The notes beneath the pieces are model-generated. The model saw nothing but the letters and a program-made list of their open reading frames with translations, ran no database searches and was not told the origin of the DNA. A program made the translations under genes and the position numbers. 64,000 nt of DNA from Trypethelium eluteriae (Eukaryota): contig JAVECL010000047.1 of the NCBI GenBank assembly GCA_051942245.1, positions 1-64,000 on the forward strand. Reading direction: 5' to 3'. Below are positions 24,663 to 38,110 of the stretch, one piece after another; within the stretch, counting starts at the first letter, position 1; the number at the start of each line of letters is the position of its first letter.

Positions 24663-25992
24663 TTATGTCGTCAAGGGGATAGTATCATGCAATTCAAGAT
24701 AATTGCCGCGTTTGGTAGGCTCACTGTTTAGACTGGTCGGTATACCTGTACTGGCAGTCTTGTTCGAAGGATGGAGAATGTGTTGCGTGCTCGTTTCGGC
24801 GGATTTGAGGTTTCTAGCTTTTGTAGAGAAATAGGGCCTGCCCGTGTTCGCATTCTCTGTTTTGGTAAAAATACTGCGAATGGCAGGGAGCGATGTCCCG
24901 ATGAGCGCAACAGTGGGCTCGAGTTGCGATGGGATCCAAAACGTCTTTCCGTATTCGTCGAATTGGGGAGGAATGAGCAGGCTCATCTCGTATTTGGCCC
25001 CTGATTAGCTGTTAGCGGAGTGTCACGAAGGATAGCTGCTGTAGTCACAACACTCACATTCGGGGTTGACTTGATAGAAGCGAGTCATCTGTTCAACAAA
25101 GATTCCAAGCTTGTAGCATGCGACGATACTTGCACTTCATACATTGTATTAGCAAGTGATAAAAACCGTGGGCAGACATGCTTACGCAGCACCAAGCATA
25201 AAGATCACAGCAATTCCAACACGCTTTCTGAAGGGCATGTGGAGTTTCAGGACGGGATAGACGGGCAAGACTAAGATTATCCAATCGAACGCCATACTTG
25301 TACTGTACATAGCAACTTCTATCCAGTAGTAATACCAGTTGTTGAAATATTTAGGACGCTCAATTGGGTGCCAGGCTTTGTAAAGAGGTCGACAAATGAA
25401 GATTGGCAGTATAGAATTGACAATCACGTAGATGGCCTGCAAGGCCAGCAAGATCCAGAAGGCGAAATTTATAAACTTGTAGGCCTTGCCGAACATGCGT
25501 CGATAGAAAAGAAGGATCGAGACTCGGATTAGAGCGCTCATAGGAGGATACAGCCAGGCAGAGCCAATGATGCCCTGGCAATTCGTCAGTGCTTGCAGCT
25601 TCGTACCAATTCAAGAGGTTGCAGGCGCTCACCTTGAACCAGACGGAATATTCTGGGACCGTAATCTCCCAGAGGGGTTTGCCAACTCCGGCATGAAGGT
25701 TGACGTATGCAGCCATAGCTGTCCATCCTATGTAGAATAGCTATACTGAAAGTCAGAGTGGGATTCTCTTTCAAATTTTAGGTCACCATCTACCTACATA
25801 GGCAGGCATTATCACGTAGTCGTCGAGGCCGAACGTCTTGCATCTCCATCTCTGATAGAGTCGTCCGAACACGAAGACACTTGCAATGATGCAGAGTATA
25901 ATGCAAGCCACCGCGATGGAATAGACCTTATGCGTGTCATTGACTTCTGTTGGAGGCGGAATCAAACCAGATCTCGATGAATCGGCTGACAT
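24663..25992 (-). CDS. PTH11-like integral membrane protein (fungal rhodopsin domain, no CFEM)
   Basis: FGLDDY, AGVGKPLWEI, IRVSILLFYRRMF, FICRPLYKAW, FDWIILVLP..KLHMPFRKRVG, EPTVALIGTSLPAIR; multi-exon. Confidence 0.85.
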
Positions 25993-27410
25993 ATTCTTGA
26001 TTCGGGGCAAGATGTAAGTTAGAGATGTACGACAGTATAGATAGGTGAGTGAAGAACGAGTTCAGATTAGATAGAACCTTTTTGCAGAAAACTGTTCGAA
26101 GCATCGCATGTAAAGCAGCTTGCTTGGTAGAACACGGCGTAATGCAAATAAATAAGCGCCCAACAGGCAATCGATGTTCAGCCTTGGGCTGCAGGGCGCA
26201 GACCGTTTTGTTGTTGCCTTCCGAGAGATGCAAGTAATCCTTGTAACCGTATTCAGCGGCTGCGATATTGTATCGTAGGTGATAGGTACTACCTACCTAT
26301 TTTACATCCAGGCATTTGACCGAAGATCTGATTGGTAGATACCGACAGAATGTCGTCATAGTCGCCTTCTTGTCGGGGTATCTTGCCCTTCTCTGTCTCC
26401 CATGCAGTTATGGTGTCCTCACGAATACTTGATTCCAACTTGTTTCAGTTCTGAACTGCAGGAATGATCTTTTTCGCACTGTTTTCGCACCATCTTGGCG
26501 CTTAGGCAATAGAGTCATGCCGAATCTGTCAAGCTTTAAGCTGATCGATAGAGTATGTGAGCAAATGCTTTGCTCAATGTACAAATTTAAGTGCAATCCT
26601 TCAACTTGCTCATAGTATGTGGCATAACAAAAGAGTCCAGATGGACAATTTCTTATTCATTTCCATAAGATGGATTGATTAGAACTCGAAACGACCATAC
26701 AAGGGTGAACGCGCCCAACAGCAGCATACTACATGCGGACCCACGCTTTCGTTGGTCTGGACTGGTTTCCGCTTGTTGCCACCCATAGGATACATTACCT
26801 TAGGTACGTAGGCAGCCTCGGATATCACAAACTCTGTCGCTCCACCCTCTGATGGAAAATTGAAGCCCACGTTTAGTATGGGTACTGCACTCATAGCAGT
26901 CTCAAGGTTGAGATAATTGACGTCGTTCTTCTATCGCATCGAGAACGAAGTACGACTGTCGACATACTAAATGCAGTGGTGTGAACGAGCGCCTCTCGCT
27001 TATTTTTCAAGCCAGGTCAAGCTATTCTAAGAGCAGCGTAGGTGGTGCGGTCAAATTAAGATTTTACTTAGAGCATGTAGGGTACGGTATTTGCCGTACG
27101 GCTACTACTATTCTATCTATACTTGAACGGGGAAGGAAGCTATTGCCCGCAAAAACTTGCCAAATACCCTGTCATCGACTGGACAAGAATAGTGCGAGAC
27201 CTCAAACCAGCAAAGAGAGATATCCATATAGTTGAGATGCAATTAGTACGGAATTTACAACGAACTGCGTTTACTGAGCGATCCAATGTTGTCCGTATAA
27301 GGTAAGTCTCTGTAATACAGACAGGTGCAATCGAGTAATGAATATTGCTATTCTATAGGTAACGGACGACAGAACAGCTGATATGTAAGATAGGGAGCTT
27401 CCAGTGCTCG

Positions 27411-29676
27411 TCAGAGCGTTGCTGAGCTCGGCCGTTTTCCATGAGCGTTTTCCATTGTCTCATGTTCCACTGCCGGCTCATCCTTTGTCCGCGCCTCTCC
27501 TTCTGCATCTTCGTCAATACTTAAGCCACTGAATCTTCTATCCCACCAGTAGCTCATCCGCCGCGCGCCTGTGACGCTGCTTTCTGAGCTTAGCTCTCGG
27601 CTTATACTCGATGCATCGATTGAATGACCGCTCTGACGATCTGCCATCTCAACCGCGAGCCTAGCGTAGGCTTGATCAGCTTGCCTTCGCTGTGCCTCCG
27701 ATCGCCGCTGCTTCTGGGGACACGCAGTTCGACCAGGGTTGATCCGTGGTCTGGGTGGCGCGCCTCCTGATGCTTCAGGACCGCCCGCACTTCCAGAAGT
27801 AGAGGCCTGATTCTGCACATATGGGCATGAGTCAGCCTCTATGCTTGTGCTGTTTTCGGAAGCTCCTGTTTTCTGGCCACCAGTCAGACTTGCGATCGCG
27901 CTTGCAACTGTCTGGCTCGCGCTTTGGGCCTTTCGTTCTGTCGTGGTTGTCCTGTTCCTCCAGCAGAAACTACCCCAGAAGGTCGCATCTGATCCGGAGA
28001 TGTGTCGCCACGGCCGCTCCTTGAAATTGAAGACGATGCCATTGACCGCTCCCATGATTGCCAGCGCAAAGTAGGCCAATAAGGCTAGAGCGAAGGGAGG
28101 ATGCGCGGCGTAATAGTCGTTATATTGGTAGCAATGCAGTACGAATGGTACGAGCCAGAGGATGATGTAAAGAATTGGATATATGAAGAGGAGACGGAGT
28201 TGACGGACTATTGCACGGCGACGCTTAGCCGCTGCGAGATCGGCAGAAAACGCGATGGAGGGTTTGTTTGGCTGATTCGGCGAATCGATCACGACTTGAG
28301 TTGGTTTCGGTAGGTCCGGTAGAGAAATGTCATAAGGAAGCGATTGCTGCTCCGGTTTTTCACTGCTCCCGTCACGTACAACAAGGGTACGCAGTGTCGC
28401 GAGCGTGGAGATGGTGGAACTAGAAGGACGACTGCCTGCAAAGTCTCCATCAGGCCGGGGCGAGAAATCTCTGGAGTCCACTTGATTCTTCCCCATCTCG
28501 GTATTCCCAGATTCGCAATTAGCGTCTCTCTCTTGCAAAGGGTCTCCCACTTCATCAGGAGCAACCTCTTCGGAAACAGCGGCCAAAGTCATGGAAGAAA
28601 ATGGAGTGGATCTCCTTCTTGCTGGCGGCCATGTATTGGAGGGACTCTTGAGTGTATTTGCCTCCTCCATTGGCCTGCTGCTTTCGAGATCTGAGCCATC
28701 GCCAATTGCTGTCCCTTGGCTGACTTGGTTTGGGCGGGATAGGTTGATGGCCGATGTCGAAGAAGACGCTACGCCCGCCGAGAACATCCTGAATTCCCCA
28801 CCTACGAAGTGGTATACGTATATCGCTAATCCGAGCACAATGAGCCAGAAGACGTATCGGGGCACCCACATCAGGGCCAAACGATATCCAAATGGTCGGA
28901 CCGGCAACGTGCAAATAGGCAATTGAGCTGAATAACCATAGCCGTTATGAGCAAATGCGATAGAAGCCATTACAATGGGGAGCCCGATTATTACAGCGGT
29001 TACAGTATGGCGGAAACGATAAAGTCCGTCATCACCAAAAACGTTCTTCCAGGGCTTTGATATAAGTAAAGCGACATGAATCGACATGAACAGCGTCGCA
29101 ATATCTGTGTTTGGTCAACAAGTCGTACTACACCTCGGCATCTTCAAGGTCTAAGCGTACCTGATATTTCATTGCCTGTTTGTACGAAAAACCCTGTGGC
29201 TTGACAGAACTTCCATTGTGTTTCCACAGGGCCGAACGAAATGGTTACCCATGCAAATATAAAGAACCATAGCGATCTGAACAGATCTCCACATACGAGG
29301 AAGAATATTAATCTACAGAAGTTAGCGAAAATCTCTGCCTTCCGCAACAAGAATGAAGATACCGATGGCGGAAACTCCTTCTCATTACCAAAAACCAGTA
29401 TACCGTCACCAATCCAACGACTAAGCTGATTGATGATGCAGCAGCCGCGAGATACTGTATGATAGCTCTTTGGTGGCGCGATAGCACACCAGTGACGGCG
29501 ACATCCGAGAGACTTCGTTGGTAGAGAGTGCCGCCATCAGTCCAACTGGATGAAATTGCAGAAGCCTGTACCATCGAAACAGCTGCGCTGATCCATTCGA
29601 ACAAAGGTGATGCGAAAGCGTTGAGACGGGTTTGTGGCGAGACCATATGGATAGCTCCTGCCCTGATAACTGGCAT
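27411..29676 (-). CDS. Gpr1/Git3-type G protein-coupled glucose receptor, 3 exons
   Basis: MRRSFRH, GDLFRSLW, FCQATGFF, YRLALMWVPRY, long third loop, RQLRLLFIYPILY..EKPW-like KERPWR; exact start codon uncertain. Confidence 0.85.
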
Positions 29677-30467
29677 GGTCCTAGGTAGTGACGGCTGACT
29701 GCTGCAGTAGTTGATGTATGTTAGATGCTATCGATGCGCCATTAAAATGAGTACGTTGCTATCATCGAGGACCGAAAGGTGAGAATAGTAATGAGACGTG
29801 GTTATAATCAATAGCTTACTCGACGTTTGCTGTGGTGGCAGATGAGGGTCTGAGTGCGAGTCTAGGCTTCAACAGATTTCCTCAATCTCATGAATATCTG
29901 TACACAGGCAAGCGCAAACAGCTATCAAGAACGACTTAATGCACGGCGTCTGTCTTCTAGTCCTCAATTGAGACAAGAACTCCATGCGATGATGATCGGC
30001 CGCATTCGCATGCGGAAATCGCGAATCGAGCTCCACAAAGGGTTGCCAACTCTACGCGAGAAGCTGACATTCCAGGAAAGGGACGCGTGTGGAGGTGGAG
30101 GTATGAGAGCACGCGTGAACAGTACCATTGTGGCCGTGGCCAGAGCCGCCGGTACTGAGACCTCCAAGGCCAGTGACTTCGGCGAGAGAGTTTTAGCGAA
30201 AAATCTAATAAAAAATCTAGTGGGAATATTCGAGAGTAGAACATGGATGTGGAATCAGTTGAGACAAAGAGACTGGGTGGCGCTGGCAGAACTGCAATGT
30301 TCGATATTCTTATGCAAGGGATTCCCCTCTCATAATAAGATGAGCTGACCAGGATAGCAGGTACCGTTTGTGCCCTGTCCAACTGGCAAAGTCGCTCCGC
30401 ACTTCGATCAGCGCCTCGCAAATGTTGATTCCCTTGCCATCTATCCCGTGCGCCGCGCTAAGAGATC

Positions 30468-31438
30468 TTAATCGAGACTGGGTCCGAGAACAATCAGACT
30501 GAACCTCAGCTCTCCACCTCCAGCATCGGCTTCTCTCTTCAAAAAAGCACGAACGCCGAGCTGCAAGGCAGCTTCACTAAGCACATCGTCGTCCATGCTC
30601 AGGGTTCCACGCATTAAAGGACCTTTCCTTCGACCGTCCAATTCCCACAGCCTGCCCTCCTGTGACTTGACGAAGCACACAAAATGCAGATCGACACTCT
30701 CATCAGCGGATGGCGCCGCTGTATCACCCGTAACGGCTGCTGCTTGATGAGCAGTCTCAATTGCATTGGAAGTGGAGAGAAGATCAGCGCGCTTCGCGGG
30801 CTCAAGTGGAATTGCTTCAGAAAGGAGCTTTGAGAGTTCGGTATTTGGTTCTACAACGCCGAGGCAAGATTAGTCACTTCCAGCGACATGACATATGGTC
30901 GGATGATATCGTCCTGGTCTTCATATTGCCGGGATTGCTGTAGAGATCGACGGCGGAGAGACTTACCAATGTGATTCTTGGCCGGACCGTTGCTCACCGC
31001 GTGGAGAACTCCTATTAGACCACAAGCATTGCCGATAGTTTGTTTGAACCACAAAACCTCTTCGCCTTCTCCTTTGCCGGTGTACTCTTCCTTGCCGGCA
31101 TCTTCTTCTGACCGAAATTTCTCATACGTCTTACTGACCGGGAAAACGAGCAACAGAGCGTATGCAGGTCTTGGCACAAATGCAAGAAGCTCGGGTTCAT
31201 CAATGCTGAACACATCTTGGAAAGCTACATTTTTAGAGAGACCGAGCTTGTGTAGGAGAGAAGTCATGACCTCGGGATTATTTTCTAGAGGTCACGAGAC
31301 AGGTGTCAGCTCATTTGATTCGACGTTAGAGTGCCCTCTGTTCGTGCTGCATGGGAAGGTGAGATTAGGCTGGGCAAAGAAGGTCGTACCTAGAGGCACA
31401 AACCTCTTCATTTGCCCCGGCGCCGCTGCGGACGCCAT
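30468..31438 (-). CDS. YUH1: Ubiquitin C-terminal hydrolase (UCH-L3/Yuh1 family)
   Basis: RFVPL|ENNPEVM, KQTIGNACGLIGVLHA catalytic Cys, HFVCFVK..LWELDGRRKGP; 3 exons. Confidence 0.92.
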
Positions 31439-32127
31439 AATGAATCATGCAATCTGGTGATTCCCGAAGTCGATGAACCTCTGTGGAGTTGTGAGAAGTC
31501 GTAGTAAGGATTTCTGACTCCTGGCCGGACGGCGACGGGATATTTAAAAAGGCTGCTCCCACGCAGGCAACAAACCAGTGACGCCACAAATCCGGGGTCA
31601 AGTTAAACCCCGGCCTGTCATTTCCTGCCGTGTTACCATCCACAATCCATCCTAGACCGACCCCCGGTTTCTTGGGAGCCTCACCCCGTACGTGCGACCC
31701 CTCAAGACCTCCTACAGACCGGGAGGAGAAAGCGGACAATGTACCTGTGGTGTAGGTACATGAACGACTGACACGCGCCATGCATATCTAGTGGAGTTCT
31801 CAATGCCTCGTCTAACCTGGTCGCTGCAATGGCAAATCCTGATTCCTGACTTCCTTCTCCAGTGTGCGACTATTTAACACACAATGTCTACCTATACCTG
31901 ATCGTGGTACACTGCATATGACATATCGGCATGCCAAGTTCAGCCACTATGTCGCACCTTCCTCTACCGAGATAATTGCCACAAGCATTAGCGGGGTAGG
32001 ACAGTGCTACTTTTGCCCATACGCAGGCCCCAATAGATAGGTACGGTATACTCAAGTAATAAATGCTTCATCAATCAGTGATCAAAAAGGCCACCAATAC
32101 TTTCGAATACAGACGAGCCAGTACACA

Positions 32128-33460
32128 ATGGGTTGGTTTGAGCTTCCTGATCTTGCCGTACTGGAGGGTAAAGTAGTCGTTCTAACTGGTAAGTATCTCT
32201 TGTTATCGCGAGATTTTGCTTTTCACAGAGTTCTTGTTCCTCAAATCATCGTTTTTGGAGTGCGATGCAAATCGGTATCCTAGATACCACGATAAAGCGA
32301 TGGTCTTGCACCGATCTCACAATGCTTCAGCAGTAGCAGGCTGAGCAACGCATTTTCCACAGGTGGATCTCTCGGTATTGGCGCTGCTCTCGTCGAGCAT
32401 CTCTACATATCGGGCGCCCGTGTCTTCTTTGGAGACGTGCTTGAGGAGCCAGCAACGCAGTTAGTTGAGCGTCTAACGAGCTCACGTCCGACGGATGGGG
32501 AAATGTCACGAATCGCATTTGTGCGGACGGACGTGTCAAGCTATGAGGACAATCTGCGGCTATTCGATGCAGCCTTCAGCAATTGCGGCAGGGTTGATCA
32601 CGCCATTTCCGTGGCTGCGATAGGTACCCGTGGGCGACTCTGCGAACCGTCTTTAACACTTGACACCATCAGGGAGGTATGAGGAATTCCAGCAGCTTTT
32701 TTGTGAGGTGCTGATTCTGTTGCAAGCCAATTCCAACCAAGATCATCGACGTCAATCTAACGGGTGTCTCCTACTTCACTCGTATTGCGAGCGTTTATCT
32801 ACGCCAGGCCGCAAAGTTTAGTGGAAGCCCGACTAATGTGATTGACAAATCCATAGTCCTTGTATCATCCGTTGCGGGTTTCATTGATTCCCCTGGGATT
32901 GAGCTTTATCAAGCAACAAAGCATGGCGTGCTTGGTCTAATGCGAAGTCTTCGATCGTAAGTAACTCGATGACTACCAATATCGTTCGTGCTGGAGTTGC
33001 TGCACAGATCTTCTTAGTCCAAAGTTGCACCTGCTAACATCATAAATTTTAGAACCTTAATCAACTCATCACCAAATCCAATCCGGATAAATGCCATATG
33101 CCCGTGGTTCACAGAGACTCGACTTGCGAAAGGGGTCTCTTCCGACTGGCATGCTAATAATCTGCCCGTCAACCAGCCAATAGACGTAGCAAAGATCATT
33201 GCAGGTCGGTATTATGCGATTGAAACTCCACGCGGTTTTTGACCTCCTATATAGGGACAATGGCGGCGTCAACGCTCAATGGCGCGGCATTATTTGTGAC
33301 TGGAGGTAGAGCATGGGATGTTGAACGTGGTATAGATGAACTCCAGTCCCAGTGGCTAGGAGAAGAGAACCATCGAGCCATGGTAAAAGGCCAAGCCGTC
33401 CTAGGGAATGGGGATAGCTGGAATTCGGGACTTGAGGGACATGGGAGCGGAGCAGGGTAG
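32128..33460 (+). CDS. Short-chain dehydrogenase (15-hydroxyprostaglandin dehydrogenase-like), 5 exons
   Basis: GKVVVLTG|GSLGIGAA, DVNLTG, SSVAG, YQATKHGVLGLMRSL, RINAICPWFTET, LNGAALFVTGG. Confidence 0.85.
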
Positions 33461-33505
33461 GCAAATGGCGGAGATGCTTCTACCGTTTGCTGAATATCAG
33501 GGGCT

Positions 33506-34765
33506 TCACTCTACCCTTCTTGCCGGCTTCACAGCTGGCATCCTGTTCCTCATCCACATTGGCACAAACGCTTTGATACCTAAACCGTCTCCTCTTCCTC
33601 CCTCGGCCTCCCACATGACCTTGAATTGATCCCCCTCTTTCCAGCTGGCCCCCTCAGCTGAAACTGCAATATCTGCCATGGCTTCGAGTCTGCAGAGACC
33701 CAGGCCAACGTTACGAATACCACCTAACCACTTTCCCATGCTTCGCCCCTTTGAGTCCGCTTTTGTAATGCTTGCTCCGATAGGTGGACCTGAATGAGAC
33801 CAAGTGGGATCATAATTCAATTCTTGTGGCTCAGAGCCTTGCAAGTTGTACAGTTGTACCGGGAGAATGCGTCTCCTCACAACACCTGTGTGTTGCGTCC
33901 GTATTGTCAACTCCTGCCCTACATAGCAACCCTTCCGAAAATCAATACCGCCCATGATATCAATGTTCGACTGGTGGGGAAAAGATCCGTCACGCTGAAG
34001 CTCTGTTTGGCCCTCCGGCACGCCGAGGAGATAGCGCCTGAGGTCATAGGATTGTTCATCATATTCTGTGAGATCATCGAAGTCGCGAATCGGGCTTGAA
34101 TCTCCTTTTGGGACGATGTATCGATGACCGAACAGGGATAATGAAGAGGGACTCGCCCGTGCATCAGCAGCATGCAGCATCTGGCTCACAGGCGGCATGT
34201 CGTATCTCTCGTGCGTTGGGCGATCTGAATCGTCATGCCAGGTTTCCCATACCTCCACTTCCTCTTTGTCAAGCAGGCGTAAGCGAACTTTTGCTCGCAA
34301 CTTGTGACGCTTGAGGTGGGTGAGCAGGCTTTCCGCTGACGCTCCGTCGACATCTATCAGATATCCTGGCTCTTGTCTTCCATCGTACCCCAATTTGTCA
34401 GGCCACTGGTCGTTTCCATTTCGCGACTGCGGACGAGGACCGATCATAGGATATACAAAGACATCATTGAGAAGCCGGCCTTGGGCGCTCAGAAAGGCGC
34501 TGTAGAAGGGAGCTTGGGGGATTGATGACGGAGGAGAGACATTTGCCGTAATGAGGCCTTGGAGAAACTTTGGTGCATCGTTTCCGTAGAGAGAAATGAC
34601 CTTCCGTTTTGATAAAAGGGAGCATCCAGACGAAGGTGAGCGTAGGTGGCTGGGGTTCCTTTGTTCAGTCTCAATTTGGCGACGGCGTACGGAAGAGCTG
34701 AAGGTACGGCCGGGTCGCGAGAGGCATCGAAGGCAGACATAAGGTCGTGATGAGTTTGAAAGCAT
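33506..34765 (-). CDS. IBA57: Mitochondrial Fe-S assembly factor IBA57/CAF17
   Basis: Mitochondrial-type N-terminus; DAPKFLQGLIT, FLSAQGRLL and the signature KGCYVGQELTIRT. Confidence 0.93.
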   Translation of the reverse strand: MLSNSSRPYVCLRCLSRPGRTFSSSVRRRQIETEQRNPSHLRSPSSGCSLLSKRKVISLYGNDAPKFLQGLITANVSPPSSIPQAPFYSAFLSAQGRLLNDVFVYPMIGPRPQSRNGNDQWPDKLGYDGRQEPGYLIDVDGASAESLLTHLKRHKLRAKVRLRLLDKEEVEVWETWHDDSDRPTHERYDMPPVSQMLHAADARASPSSLSLFGHRYIVPKGDSSPIRDFDDLTEYDEQSYDLRRYLLGVPEGQTELQRDGSFPHQSNIDIMGGIDFRKGCYVGQELTIRTQHTGVVRRRILPVQLYNLQGSEPQELNYDPTWSHSGPPIGASITKADSKGRSMGKWLGGIRNVGLGLCRLEAMADIAVSAEGASWKEGDQFKVMWEAEGGRGDGLGIKAFVPMWMRNRMPAVKPARRVE

Positions 34766-35656
34766 GGCTCCTTACTTAGCATAAGTTTGACACGCTCGAG
34801 CTTTGATAAGTGCGTAGACTCATTTTTGACGACGGATGAACTAGCATTCATGACCGTTTTAAATGTGACGTCAAAGCCCTTTTTTTTTTTTGCTCTTCTT
34901 AAACCCCGGCGGGCACCAGCGGATGACAAAATCCACCGCCTGCTGGAACTCAGGTAAATCAGGTACCGATCTGGGGCATGGTTTTTTCCTCCACAATTTT
35001 TGGGCAGTCCTAAGTCAAACTTTACAATTACGTGTCGCTTCTGGATCAACGATGAAGGGATCAGAAAAGGTAAGAAAAAGATTAAAGGACGAGTCAAGAA
35101 TAGCTGCTCTACACATTGGGTACAGTCCTATTTCTTGCTCTGTACAAAATCAGGAATCCCCGGTAATGAACCTCAGGCACTCGATGCCCTATATGTTCGG
35201 TCACCCTCTTATGGCGCGTCAGAAACCTCGTAGCATAGGTCTCAATGATCAAGTGTCACATTCTCGAAGTCGTATCAGGAAGTCACTGCTCCTGAGACAA
35301 GACGAAGTCTAGCCAAAGTCAATGAAAGCACTTCGCGACGCGACCGTAACTTGTTCATCGTTACGAACAGAATTACAGTACAAGTACAAAGGCTTTCGTC
35401 TTGCGAATGAGCGTGAGCATACTTCGTACACTATGCGCCACTGCTCGGAGCCGGCACGGATGTCAAAATCGACACAAGAGACTAGGTCCACGGCATACCC
35501 CGCGTCCTGAGATACCGAGCGTTGCATATGTCATAGAACTTAGGACATGTAGATCAAATGCAGAGATAGGTTTGTAGGTCTTTCCAGCATTTTGGAGGGG
35601 TTTTGTTTTGCAATCTGGAAACTCTTCTCTTCTGTTGTCTTCTTCCTTCTACATCG

Positions 35657-37627
35657 ATGGCTTACGCGAATGGTACTTCGGTCAACGGCTTTGAAAATGG
35701 ACATAAATTCACTACACCCAGGGATCATGAGGATCTTGGGATAGTTGACAAGAATAGCGCCAATGGAATACCTCCTGCAGAAGCGCACGGCAATCCGAAA
35801 CATATGGAGGACATAACTATACCTCTAAATGATGTCCCGGCATTCACTCCGACCAAAAAGCTGAGGATCATTACTATCGGTGCAGGATACGCGGGCATGA
35901 CCTTGGCACAGAAATTGCAGCACAAGTATGCCAAGGAGATGGCGGATTTGGTCGATCATACCATCTTCGAGTCGAAAGACTGTGTGGGAGGTACGTGGGT
36001 TGAAAATGTGTATCCTGGAGTAATGTGTGATGTTCCCGCTATGATTTATGTCTGTAACCTTTCACTGCAAGGCCCTCGAAGCGGTTGACTCACCATCTCC
36101 AGGCATTTCCGTTTTCTCCGAACCCCAATTGGAGCCGGTTCTATTCCACCGGTCCGGAGATCTTGGAGTACATGCAGAAAACTGTCAAGGAATGGAATCT
36201 GGATCGGGACGTCAAGTTCAGAAATACTGTGAAAGGTGCCTACTGGCAGGAGGATCGGGGTCAATGGAAACTCACAGTTGAGCACGAGGGAACAGAGCGA
36301 GAAGAATATGCGGATATCTTGATTTCTGCGCGAGGTTTCCTCTCAAAGCCCAAATGGCCGTCGATTTCGGGTCTGCAGGATTTCAAGGGTAAAAGAGTGC
36401 ATTCGGCGATGTGGGATCACCCCTTTGATTATTCCCACAAACGGATCGGAATCATTGGGAATGGGTCATCAGCAATACAAATTCTGCCGCAAATGGCGAA
36501 ACTCGAAGGCGCGCAACTGACAAGTTTTCAGCATGGTCCAACTTGGATTGTATCCAGGATGACGCCGGCGAAGCTCGTTGGCAGCGAGGATCCAAGTTTT
36601 AATCCTCCGTTCCGAGACGAAGATAGACAAAGATTTCAAGATCCACAAGAGCTGAAGAAGTACCGAAAAATAATACAAGGAGGTATCAATTCCGCTTTTA
36701 AAATGGTAGGGAGACGTTGATGCTTCGCAACTTAAAATGCTGCAACTAATATGCGTAATCAGTTTATCAAGGGTTCTGAAGAAAATCGGGACATGTGAGT
36801 GCAATAAACTCACAATGCCACTAGATTTCTGATCACCTATTAGGACGGACTTTGCTATAAAGCAAATGTCTGCCAAGCTCAACCACGATCCATATCTTTG
36901 CGAAAAGTTGATTCCAAAATGGGAGCTTGGGTGCCGTCGCGTCACGCCGGGAGATGGCTACTTGGAAGCGTTCACCCAGTCCAATGTCTCTCTTACTAAC
37001 AGCACGATCACCAGAATCACCTCTGAAGGTATTCAGACCGAAGATGGGAAATTGCACGAGCTCGATGTGATTGTGTGCGCCACCGGCTTTGACGTCTCAC
37101 AAGTCCCTTCATTCCCGGTTATCGGCCACGACAATGTCTCTCTTGCCGATAAATGGCGTAACGAACCGGAATCGTATATGAGTGTGGCGTGCCCACAGAT
37201 GCCGAATTACTTCATTTTCACAGGGCCCAACGCTACCGTCGGTCACGGCTCTTTGCTCGAAAGCATGAGCTGGAGCGCCGAATGGATGGTCAACTGGTTT
37301 AGGAAGATGGCTACTGAAGACATTGCGTCCATTGTGCCCAAGCAGGACGTCGTAGATGAGTTTGTAAGATATGGGGATCAGGTACATAAGACGCTCACCT
37401 GGACTGGAGGTTGTAGAAGCTGGTACAAGTCCAATCGCGTGGATGGCAGAGTAACAGCGACGTTCGCTGGAAGTGCAATATTGTATCATCAGATGGTGAA
37501 GCAAATCAGGCCTGAAGACTTTGAGATTCGGTATAGGAGCAAGAATCGCTTCAGGTTCATGGGTAATGGATTTACGAAATACGAGCTGGAGGAAGGGAAC
37601 GACTTGTCTTACTATGTTACTAATTGA
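35657..37627 (+). CDS. Baeyer-Villiger-type flavin monooxygenase
   Basis: IGAGYAG, GGTWVENVYPGVMCDVP, FKGKRVHSAMWD (FxGxxxHxxxW), IGNGSSAIQ, GCRRVTP, ATGFD; 4 exons including a small internal exon near 36763-36794. Confidence 0.92.
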
Positions 37628-38110
37628 GAGGGCTCGTCCTTAAAGTATTGATGAAAGACCACGAATTGTAAAAGATATGCGAAAGACTAACCATCGTAAA
37701 ATTTTCTTGCATTCTTCAACAAACAGGTTAATCAGAAGTCCCTACCTTAGGGTTGATGACTTTTGAGGCGGCAAAATTTTGCCCGGGGACCTTCTAGACC
37801 TGCATGAAGCAGAAATAGATTATTTCGCTCAATTCCAGGAAGTTCATCTTCAAATCCTTTCCTGCTTTCCTTTCCCTTAATGTTTGCGATGAGATCATCT
37901 TCTGCCTTGTCATGTCGGAGCTCCTGGCAAACACTCCGAACTGAGTTGGCTGCCGACAACCGAGAGATCTGACATCGAAGAATCCGATGGGGGTTAGAGG
38001 AAAATTTAGTCACGTCATGATCCAAATCCCAGAGCATATCCCTGGTTTCCCATCTGCTCAATCTTCCATGCTGCAACAACCCTGGTCTCGGCAGGAGTAC
38101 TTTTCCAGTA

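Noticed and set aside
14371..26300. CGG/CCG-containing words in cluster promoters as a shared Zn2Cys6 site
   Set aside because: Spacing and sequence were inconsistent by eye; a motif search would be needed
29957..30421. Overlapping ORFs upstream of the Gpr1-type gene (possible uORFs or gene)
   Set aside because: No family motif, no splice support, and the transcript start is unknown
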